NCBI GenBank assembly: GCA_037147375.1
Contig: JBAWVI010000010.1
Span: forward strand, 1-15,222
From: an archaeon
GTDB lineage: Archaea > Iainarchaeota > Iainarchaeia > Iainarchaeales > CSSED10-239
DNA: 15,222 nt
Direction of reading: 5' to 3'
Made by a program: the position numbers and the translations under genes. Under the pieces are notes generated by a model. The model worked only from the letters and a program-made list of their open reading frames with translations, did no database searches and was not told where the DNA came from. How positions within the stretch are numbered: position 1 is the first letter of the stretch; the number at the start of each line of letters is the position of its first letter. This document shows positions 7,999-14,516 of the stretch, in pieces.

Positions 7999-8026
7999 AA
8001 AAGATGATTAAGAATAATCATCTTTT
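7999..8026 (-). terminator. 12-bp hairpin overlapping the stop codon of the 8018..8497 membrane-protein gene
   Basis: The plus strand reads AAAAGATGATTA-agaa-TAATCATCTTTT, a perfect 12-bp stem with a 4-nt loop. The TGA stop (8018-8020) lies in the RNA 5' arm. The downstream minus-strand sequence is U-rich (CTTAGTTATCTTTATAAATCTTTTTC). Confidence 0.4.
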
Positions 8027-8497
8027 TCTTTTAGATTTTACTTGAAATAAAGATACAATCTGTTTTTGAGTTTGGAATAAATAGATTGTTAAAAATAAGA
8101 TTATAGAAATAAATAAAACTATTATAAGTAAGTACACTCCTAAAAACCAAGAAACAAATAATGTGAAAATTCCTAGTATTAAGTAAATAAAAGTGCCTAC
8201 AATACAAGTATATAATTCAATTAATAGCATTATTCTTCCATAATTTTGATAATTCCATAATCCTAGACCAGTTACTAATGAGTAGATTCCAAACATTAAA
8301 AGGAAAACTCCAATTACAATAAATATTCCAATTCCAACTGGTTCTACTTCAGATTGCATAAGAGTTAGTATTTGTTTATTAAATATACTCAAAAATAATC
8401 CAAATACAATAAACATAAATGCCATTAATAAATGATATATTGAAACAAACTTTACAATATATTCATTCAATTCTAATTTTAATAATTTTTTAAACAT
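8018..8497 (-). CDS. Hypothetical small multi-pass membrane protein (about 4-5 TM)
   Basis: The 159-aa ORF is almost entirely hydrophobic helices and ends in a basic KSKRKR tail. A G-run (AAAGGGGGATTAGAG) directly upstream of the ATG looks like a Shine-Dalgarno site. Confidence 0.7.
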   Translation of the reverse strand: MFKKLLKLELNEYIVKFVSIYHLLMAFMFIVFGLFLSIFNKQILTLMQSEVEPVGIGIFIVIGVFLLMFGIYSLVTGLGLWNYQNYGRIMLLIELYTCIVGTFIYLILGIFTLFVSWFLGVYLLIIVLFISIILFLTIYLFQTQKQIVSLFQVKSKRKR

Positions 8498-8661
8498 CTC
8501 TAATCCCCCTTTGATTATTATATAAGTATATACCCGCTTACTTTAAAAATATAATTATTACCTAAAATATTTATAGAAAGGATTAAAAACAATTAGATAA
8601 CTGATATATTTAATATCTAAATAATAATACTTAATCACAAACTAATGGGGAGTAGATACTA

Positions 8662-9429
8662 ATGAAAAAAATTACAATGAAAGTTTTTCTTATAATAATT
8701 TTAATATTTATTGGTATTACTGTTGGATGGTTAATAGTTAGTGGAATATTAAGTAATCCTAGAAATACAGTAGAAAGTGTTATGGGGAATGATTTTCTTC
8801 CAGAACCAATTCCTTCTTGTGTAGATTCAGATGGTGGACTAAATGATTTTTTGAAAGGAAATATAAGTCTTAATGGAGAAGTTGTTGCAACAGATTATTG
8901 TCAATCTAATAATAATTTAATTGAACATCGCTGTAATTTAAATGATATATATAGTACAGATGATAATGCATTAGTAGTTATACCATTTAGTTGTTCATAT
9001 ATTGGTTCGTTATTTGGTTTAGATTTAGTTTGTAGAAATGGAGCTTGTATTGATCTCAATTCAGAACCTGGATATGTTGGAGAATATAAAATTGGAGTAC
9101 TTAAAGATGCAAGTGAACCTTGTCCAGATAAATGTGATGTTATACCTGTAGAAATAAAAGATATCCCTACAACTAATAATCTAATTGATGAGAGCAATAT
9201 TACTTGCACAGAATCAGATGCAGGAATAGATGAAGCAAATAAAGGTAGCGTAACTTATATGGATGAAGTTGTTTCTACAGACCACTGTTTTGACAGGAAA
9301 ACACTTATAGAAGGTTATTGCATGACTGAGAACATAACAAGTCCAACTGCATTTAATATAGAAATAAAATGTTCTGATTTCAACCCAAATTCGATTTGTG
9401 AAAATGGAGCTTGTGTTACTCAAAACTAA
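8662..9429 (+). CDS. N-terminally anchored or secreted cysteine-rich protein with two copies of a 6-Cys module
   Basis: Res 7-29 form an N-terminal TM helix or signal anchor. There are 14 Cys. Two modules (res 53-129 and 182-251) share C-x-[DE]-S-D-[GA]-G...KG...VV[AS]TD-x-C...LIE-x-x-C...C...C-x-NGAC with nearly identical Cys spacing. GGGGAG lies 8 nt upstream of the ATG. Confidence 0.8.
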   Translation: MKKITMKVFLIIILIFIGITVGWLIVSGILSNPRNTVESVMGNDFLPEPIPSCVDSDGGLNDFLKGNISLNGEVVATDYCQSNNNLIEHRCNLNDIYSTDDNALVVIPFSCSYIGSLFGLDLVCRNGACIDLNSEPGYVGEYKIGVLKDASEPCPDKCDVIPVEIKDIPTTNNLIDESNITCTESDAGIDEANKGSVTYMDEVVSTDHCFDRKTLIEGYCMTENITSPTAFNIEIKCSDFNPNSICENGACVTQN

Positions 9430-9474
9430 ATTAATAATATTTTAAGAAAAATAATTAAAGAAATATAAAATATT

Positions 9475-9480
9475 AGGAGG
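9475..9480 (+). promoter_or_regulatory. Shine-Dalgarno-like AGGAGG, 8 nt upstream of the TM2 gene start
   Basis: A perfect AGGAGG sits in an otherwise A/T-only spacer, at canonical distance from ATG 9489. Confidence 0.55.
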
Positions 9481-9488
9481 ATTATAAA

Positions 9489-9701
9489 ATGAGTAAAGTA
9501 AGAAAAGTTAATTGGACTCTTGCCTTAGTAATGTCTGTTGTTTTCGGATGGCTTGGAGTTGACAGGTTTATTATGGGTCACGTAGTCTTAGGTATATTAA
9601 AATTAATAACATTTGGTGGACTTGGGATTTGGTGGCTTGTTGATTTAATTAGAATATCAACTAAGGATAAGTTTAGAAACGTACAATGGGTTAAAGAATA
9701 A
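9489..9701 (+). CDS. TM2 domain-containing small membrane protein
   Basis: The 70-aa protein contains FGWLGVDRFIMGHVVLGILKLITFGGLGIWWLVDLI. This matches the TM2-domain pattern G-x-x-G-x-DRF-x-x-G...KL-x-T-x-GG-x-GIWW-x-x-D. Confidence 0.85.
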   Translation: MSKVRKVNWTLALVMSVVFGWLGVDRFIMGHVVLGILKLITFGGLGIWWLVDLIRISTKDKFRNVQWVKE

Positions 9702-9706
9702 GTTTA

Positions 9707-9738
9707 AAGAAAGATATTATATCTTTCTTCTTTTTTTT
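9707..9738. terminator. Hairpin plus T8 tract between convergent genes (candidate bidirectional terminator)
   Basis: A perfect 23-nt palindrome, AAGAAAGATAT-T-ATATCTTTCTT (9707-9729), is followed by C-TTTTTTTT (9730-9738). It lies 5 nt after the TM2 stop, and the T-run overlaps the stop of the minus-strand phosphatase gene. Confidence 0.55.
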
Positions 9739-10240
9739 ATTTCTTAAGATATTTTTTATAGTTTTTATAAAAGAAAGGCATATCCTTCCAGATATTTTTT
9801 ACCATTTGTCTATCAAACATCTCATCTACAAATCCACTTGTGTCATCTAATGCTTCAACATTATCTTTTACTGGTACTTTTTTATTATAACAAACTTCAT
9901 AGAATAAAGGAGATTTATAATTGAATTTTTCTTTAATGTATTGTTGATGATCAGTACTCATTGAAACAATTAAATCATAATTAGTTATATGCTCTTGATT
10001 TAGTTTTCTTCTTCTATGTGGAGAACAATCAATACCTATTGTTTGAAGTTCATCTTTTACTTCATAAAGAATGTTTTGAGGATTATTACCTGTAACTCCA
10101 GCTGAAGCTACTTCAATATTCTTAATTTTATTAAGTTCACAGTACTTTTTAAGGCAATACTCAGCAATCATACTTCTAAATACGTTACCAGTACATACAA
10201 AAAGAATTTTAGTTGGTTTCATATATATAATATAGTACAT
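9737..10240 (-). CDS. Low-molecular-weight protein-tyrosine phosphatase family protein
   Basis: KILFVCTGNVFRSMIAE is the C-X5-R-S P-loop of the LMW-PTP family, and the IDCSPHRRRKL and DLIVSM blocks are typical. The true start may be the second ATG (10222, MKPTKILFVC). An ATAATATAAATATA TATA-like box sits about 26 nt upstream of it, and family members usually have only 3-6 residues before ILFVC. Confidence 0.88.
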   Translation of the reverse strand: MYYIIYMKPTKILFVCTGNVFRSMIAEYCLKKYCELNKIKNIEVASAGVTGNNPQNILYEVKDELQTIGIDCSPHRRRKLNQEHITNYDLIVSMSTDHQQYIKEKFNYKSPLFYEVCYNKKVPVKDNVEALDDTSGFVDEMFDRQMVKNIWKDMPFFYKNYKKYLKK

Positions 10241-10283
10241 TATATTTATATTATGGAGTAAAAATCAAAAAATAAGAGGAAAA

Positions 10284-10306
10284 AATGAAATTATGTACAT
10301 TTCATT
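10284..10306 (-). terminator. Hairpin plus U-tract after (and overlapping) the stop of the Cys-rich gene
   Basis: The minus-strand RNA reads AATGAAAT GTACATA ATTTCATT (8-bp stem, 7-nt loop), followed by TTTTCCTCTTATTTTTTGATTTT. The TGA stop (10302-10304) lies in the 5' arm. Confidence 0.45.
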
Positions 10307-11096
10307 CAATTAAGGTTCCAATTCCTCTATTACGTAATTTTGTAACATCTGTGCTTAGTTCTTCACAAAAAGTCTTTCCTTTATCTGTCTTCATTTCATT
10401 ACAAGTAAATGGAAGAGTTCCTGTATATTTTGGGTTTGATACATCAAAAACCACAAAGTTAAGATAACATATATCCTTTAAGTCATCAGAAACATCTATG
10501 TTGTCACATGACTTATAACTTGATCCAAAACTATATCCTGTTGATAATGTATAGCAGTTTGTTTTAGGTTCTGTTCTTGCACAAAGTGTGTCACTATAAG
10601 TTGGTATCCCATTTACATCTTCACTTTTTATTCCAAAGCAAGAATAAAATTCTTTATTTTGATTTCTATAATTTAAATATCCATAACCTTCGAGATTGAA
10701 GTTAATACCATCACACACTGTCTTATCTTGATTCATTTCAGCAATATGAACAACGCAAGATTCTTCTCCTGAAACATCAAGTGGGTTTAAAGGATTAGAA
10801 TTATACTTACAATAATCCTTGTCAAGTGCTGCCCATGCATATGAAGCTAAACAAGTGTTCTTACATACATCATTATCAATTGCATTACATTCTTTTGGGT
10901 TTAAAGAAATTAGAACAGATGTAAATATACTTTGATATTCTTCACATTGGGTTGCTCCTGTATTGTAAAAAACTTTATCTGTATTACTATCGCTTGTGCT
11001 TTTAGCAGTTTTTGGCATAAATAAGATTGCACCAATTACAACTATAACAACGATTATTCCAATTAAACCATAAATTAATAATTTTTTATTTATCAT
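10302..11096 (-). CDS. N-terminally anchored cysteine-rich extracellular protein (14 Cys)
   Basis: Res 6-26 form an N-terminal TM helix, followed by a polar domain with 14 Cys. A paired-Cys motif recurs: CNAIDNDVC, CVVHIAEMNQDKTVC, CDNIDVSDDLKDIC, CNEMKTDKGKTFC. GAGAGAGG lies upstream of the ATG. Confidence 0.8.
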   Translation of the reverse strand: MINKKLLIYGLIGIIVVIVVIGAILFMPKTAKSTSDSNTDKVFYNTGATQCEEYQSIFTSVLISLNPKECNAIDNDVCKNTCLASYAWAALDKDYCKYNSNPLNPLDVSGEESCVVHIAEMNQDKTVCDGINFNLEGYGYLNYRNQNKEFYSCFGIKSEDVNGIPTYSDTLCARTEPKTNCYTLSTGYSFGSSYKSCDNIDVSDDLKDICYLNFVVFDVSNPKYTGTLPFTCNEMKTDKGKTFCEELSTDVTKLRNRGIGTLIE

Positions 11097-11207
11097 AATA
11101 TTCCTCTCTCTAATTTATTCCCCTAACTATTATCTACTATCTAATTAAAAATATTTAAATAGGTTACTTAATTGTTAGGTAATTTGCTTAATAAATTATA
11201 AAAAAAG

Positions 11208-12002
11208 TTATTCTACAGTTTCTAAAAATTTCTTTGCAATTACAGTAATATCTTGATTTGTGGAAATTCCTGTGTATTCACTTCCATCTTCAACAATGTT
11301 TGCAACAACAATGTTTGCACCATTAAATATAGCACTTCTTGCTTCCTTTAAGTCAACTCCACCAGCTGCAGAAATTATACAATTATACTTTGCACGTATC
11401 TTATTAACGTTCTTGTACCCTATAACCTTTCCTCTTATTGTTTCTTCATCTCTTCCCTTATGAAGAACAATTACTTTTGGTGGTTTTTTAAGATGTCTGA
11501 GAATCTTGTGTGGTTCTTCAACTCCGATCATGTCAATCATTGAATCTATTCCATAATTTTCACATTGTAATATGAAATTATTAAGTGTTTCAATAGGAGC
11601 TGAACCAAGAACTGTTGCTGCGCTTGCACCTGCTGATTTTGCAAAAGAAACTTCTTCTCGTCCACCATCCATTGTTTTAAGATCTGCAACAACATATCCA
11701 CCCCAAATTCTTGCAATTTCTCTAATCCCTTTTATTCCTTCTCTTTTTATAAAAGGAGTACCTGCTTCAATAAGGATTTTTTCACTGTAAGGAATTTTTG
11801 GTAGTATGCTATGCACGTCTGCAAGTGTTCCATTAAATGCAATCTGAAGATAGCGATTTCTAGAAATTAGTTTAACTGGTTTTCTTATATTTAAAAAAAG
11901 ATTAATGGGAGTAGGTTGATTAGTTTCTGTTCCTGTTGCTCCTGAATAAGCAGCTGCTTGAAGTTCTTGCATCTCTTTTAAAAAATCAATAAGTTTACCC
12001 AT
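11208..12002 (-). CDS. OMP-decarboxylase-suprafamily enzyme, 3-hexulose-6-phosphate synthase (HPS)/KGPDC-like
   Basis: It aligns by eye to HPS/UlaD at four blocks: IEAGTPFI (HPS IE-x-GTP), VVADLKTMDGG (ADxKTMDxG), VLHKGRDEE (vH-x-G-x-D) and SAAGGV (phosphate-binding GG). There is an N-terminal extension of about 50 aa. The beta-1 motif reads LQIAFN rather than LQVAxD. Confidence 0.72.
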   Translation of the reverse strand: MGKLIDFLKEMQELQAAAYSGATGTETNQPTPINLFLNIRKPVKLISRNRYLQIAFNGTLADVHSILPKIPYSEKILIEAGTPFIKREGIKGIREIARIWGGYVVADLKTMDGGREEVSFAKSAGASAATVLGSAPIETLNNFILQCENYGIDSMIDMIGVEEPHKILRHLKKPPKVIVLHKGRDEETIRGKVIGYKNVNKIRAKYNCIISAAGGVDLKEARSAIFNGANIVVANIVEDGSEYTGISTNQDITVIAKKFLETVE

Positions 12003-12049
12003 ACAAACCTGTCCAACAAATATAACATCTTTTTAAAAACTAAAATTGA

Positions 12050-12075
12050 AAGAAGAAGTTAGTTTACTTCTTCTT
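12050..12075 (-). terminator. Hairpin plus U-tract overlapping the stomatin stop codon
   Basis: The minus-strand RNA reads AAGAAGAAGT AAACTA ACTTCTTCTT (10-bp stem, 6-nt loop), followed by TCAATTTTAGTTTTT. The 5' arm is formed by the terminal KKK codons, and the TAA stop (12064-12066) straddles the arm-loop junction. Confidence 0.5.
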
Positions 12076-12819
12076 ACCAAAAACCTGTCCAATTGCTTGT
12101 CCTACATCTGAGGGAAGGAACAAAACAATCTTCTCTGATGGATCTGCTGCAATATCCCTAATTGTTTGCATCATACGAAGCTGGATTGCTGCAGGACTTC
12201 TTGAAAGGTTTTCAGCAGCTTTTGCTAAGTTTTCAGAAGCTTTTAATTCTCCTTCAGCTGAGATAATATTTGCTCTCTTTTCTCTTTCAGCTTCAGCTTG
12301 CTTTGCCATTGCTCTTTTCATTTCTGCTGGCATTTCCATTTCTTGTATCTTTATAGCTTCTATATTAATACCCCAACCACCTGTTTCTGAATCAACTATT
12401 TTTTTAATAGAAGTTGCAATCTTTTCTCTTTCAGTTAATACAAAATCAAGCTCTTCATTACCTACAACATCTCTTAAAGCTGCTTGAGTAAACTGTCTAA
12501 CTGCATATCCATAATCTTGTATTTTTGTAATTGCTATTTCTGGGTTTTCAACTCTATAATAAACAACAGTATTTGCTAAGATTGGTATGTTATCCTTTGT
12601 CATAACTTCTTGTCTTGGTATATCTGCAGTCATTATTCTAAGATCAACCTTTTTCATAGTTTGAAAAATAGGTATGATGTATATTAATCCTGGACCTTTA
12701 GTTGCTCTATATCTTCCAAGAGTGAATACAACCGCTCTTTCATACTCATACATTATTTTAAGTCCTGCAAAGATGATTATAATTAAAAAAATAATTACTG
12801 GCCAAATCCAAAAAAACAT
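12064..12819 (-). CDS. SPFH/Band-7 (stomatin/prohibitin-like) membrane protein
   Basis: It has an N-terminal TM helix. It then reads YERAVVFTLGRY...KGPGLIYIIPIFQ...VDLR...QEVMTKDN...VVYYRVENP, followed by a coiled-coil AEMKRAMAKQAEAEREKRA, which is the classic SPFH layout. AAGGAG lies 11 nt upstream of the ATG. Confidence 0.92.
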   Translation of the reverse strand: MFFWIWPVIIFLIIIIFAGLKIMYEYERAVVFTLGRYRATKGPGLIYIIPIFQTMKKVDLRIMTADIPRQEVMTKDNIPILANTVVYYRVENPEIAITKIQDYGYAVRQFTQAALRDVVGNEELDFVLTEREKIATSIKKIVDSETGGWGINIEAIKIQEMEMPAEMKRAMAKQAEAEREKRANIISAEGELKASENLAKAAENLSRSPAAIQLRMMQTIRDIAADPSEKIVLFLPSDVGQAIGQVFGKKK

Positions 12820-12926
12820 ATTCCTACACTCTCCTTAATTTAATTTTAATATAATTAATAAAAATATATACTGAGATTAGGTTTAAAAGAGTTATTGTTT
12901 CTTAGAAATTAGGAAAATAAAAATAG

Positions 12927-12951
12927 TTAGATCTTTATCTATAAGATCTAA
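12927..12951 (-). terminator. Hairpin plus U-tract downstream of the DUF378 gene
   Basis: The minus-strand RNA reads TTAGATCTT ATAGATA AAGATCTAA (9-bp stem, 7-nt loop), 9 nt after the TAA stop. It is followed by CTATTTTTATTTTCC. Confidence 0.5.
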
Positions 12952-12960
12952 TTAATTTAA

Positions 12961-13164
12961 TTATTTTTTCTTTAATAATAGTGCACGACCTATTGTCCAA
13001 AATACACTAAGGCCAATTATTATATATATTATGTTAACTAGGATAGGAATCTTACCAAAAAGAAAGGTTACAAGATTGAAATTAAAAGCACCAACTAAAC
13101 CCCAATTAAGACCACCTATCATAACAAGTAAGAATACTATCCAATCAATTAAATTCATTTTCAT
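12961..13164 (-). CDS. DUF378-family small membrane protein
   Basis: The 67-aa, 2-TM protein reads IDWIVFLLVMIGGLNWGLVGAFNFNLVTFLFG...IIYIIIGLS. This matches the DUF378 pattern (GG/AlNWGLvG-x-F-x-F-[ND]-LV...FG). Confidence 0.8.
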   Translation of the reverse strand: MKMNLIDWIVFLLVMIGGLNWGLVGAFNFNLVTFLFGKIPILVNIIYIIIGLSVFWTIGRALLLKKK

Positions 13165-13329
13165 ATTTAATTTTCCTATTATTATTTAGATGTGTTCTAT
13201 TTTGTTACTAAAACCATAACAGTAAACACATTAAATCTCCATATATTTATATTATAATCCTATCATATCTTATTATTAACATCCGAAGATATAGCTAGTT
13301 ATTAAATATATAAAATTAATTGATTAAAA

Positions 13330-14508
13330 ATGGGGTTTGCTACTTTTTTTAAGAAAATAATCCAAAAGGATAAGGTTAATGAACCTAAATCAAACACCAG
13401 AGAATTAACTTTTGATGAGATAAAAAACATAGTTGAAAATAAGGAAAAAGAAATTAAAAGTAAAGAAAAGGAAATATTTCTTTTAATTAAAGATAGAGCA
13501 TCTATATTCGCTAATGAACTTAAACATAAAGTAAGAGATTTAGAAGGAATTGATCTTAAATCAAAAGACACTCACGAAAGAGTAAAGCTTATTGTAAAAA
13601 CAAACTTAAACATATATATTGATCATGTAAGAGGGCTTATAGAAAGCATAAGTAACTTAAATGAAAATAATTTTGAAAATAATATTAAATTAATTAATCA
13701 TATATTTATGGATTTTGAAAAAAAATCATTTATTAGTTATCAAAGATCTGTTTTTCTAATTGGTGATGATCTAATCGAGACTAGAAAGAGTATTGCTGAT
13801 TTTTCTAAGTATTTAATAAATATGCTTGAAAAGAATAAAGAAATTATAGGTTATTCTAGAATAATTAATTCAATTACGAAAAAAGTAGACCAAGTATCTG
13901 AAGCTAACGAAACAATAAGTAAATTTGAGGATATAATAAAACAATTAACAAAAAAAATAAAAGTTTTAGAAGAACAAAATATAACAAATATAGAATTAAT
14001 TGAAAACATCAAGAAAAATAAAAGTTATAACGAAAACTCAAAAATACTAGAACAAGTTAAATTAAATGAAACTGAATTAAATCAGGAAATATATGAATTA
14101 AAAAGAATAATTGATTTTAAAGGATTAGGAAATATATTTCACACAGATGAGAAAAAAACAAAAATTATAAGTGCATATAAAGATAAATTTGAAGACACAT
14201 ATCTAAAGGATAATGGAACTAGTATCCTTTCCTTACTTGATGAAGCAAAGTTAAATAATCTAACAATCATCTCAAAAATAAAACAAATAAACGAAAAGCA
14301 AGAAGAATTAATTAAAATTAAAGCAACAATTAAGAAAGATGAAACAGAAGACTTGCTTGCAGATATACAAAATACAAAAACAGAGATAGAAAACATAAAC
14401 AATGAAGTTATTAATGAATTTAAAAAATTAGAAAAGATTAAAATTCAAAGAGAAAATCTAATTGATTCAATAAAGCTAGAGTTAGCTAGAATAAATGTAA
14501 AAATTTAA
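13330..14508 (+). CDS. Hypothetical K/E/N-rich coiled-coil protein with an N-terminal amphipathic segment
   Basis: The 392-aa ORF is far longer than the antisense alternatives. Heptad-like K/E/I/L/N composition runs throughout. The N-terminus is MGFATFFKKIIQK. AAATATATAAAA lies about 20 nt upstream of the ATG. Confidence 0.75.
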   Translation: MGFATFFKKIIQKDKVNEPKSNTRELTFDEIKNIVENKEKEIKSKEKEIFLLIKDRASIFANELKHKVRDLEGIDLKSKDTHERVKLIVKTNLNIYIDHVRGLIESISNLNENNFENNIKLINHIFMDFEKKSFISYQRSVFLIGDDLIETRKSIADFSKYLINMLEKNKEIIGYSRIINSITKKVDQVSEANETISKFEDIIKQLTKKIKVLEEQNITNIELIENIKKNKSYNENSKILEQVKLNETELNQEIYELKRIIDFKGLGNIFHTDEKKTKIISAYKDKFEDTYLKDNGTSILSLLDEAKLNNLTIISKIKQINEKQEELIKIKATIKKDETEDLLADIQNTKTEIENINNEVINEFKKLEKIKIQRENLIDSIKLELARINVKI

Positions 14509-14516
14509 ATTAAAAG

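Noticed and set aside
8503-8515. AATCCCCCTTTGA on the plus strand nearly matches the T-arm/acceptor 3' segment of the tRNA-Glu (AATCCCCCTTCGA on the minus strand, 7163-7175). I considered it as a possible att-type repeat flanking the two membrane genes.
   Set aside because: The two copies are inverted, not direct as integrase-generated att repeats would be. The exact match is only 10 nt and no integrase is present. On the minus strand the G-run (AAAGGGGGATTAGAG-ATG) sits exactly where a Shine-Dalgarno site for the 8018..8497 gene is expected.
9737-10240. Reading the LMW-PTP-family gene as an arsenate reductase (ArsC, pI258 type).
   Set aside because: Only the P-loop Cys is in a conserved position. 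The two downstream redox-relay Cys expected around positions 80-90 of ArsC are absent (a single Cys in IDCSPH), and no ars genes are nearby.
7725-14402. Other short overlapping track ORFs: 7725..7955 +, 8901..9209 -, 9214..9423 -, 10285..10467 +, 11260..11463 +, 11572..11790 +, 13302..13571 - and 14139..14402 -.
   Set aside because: Each lies antisense to, or out of frame within, a longer ORF with recognisable motifs or coherent membrane/coiled-coil architecture. None has its own SD or TATA context or a recognisable domain.
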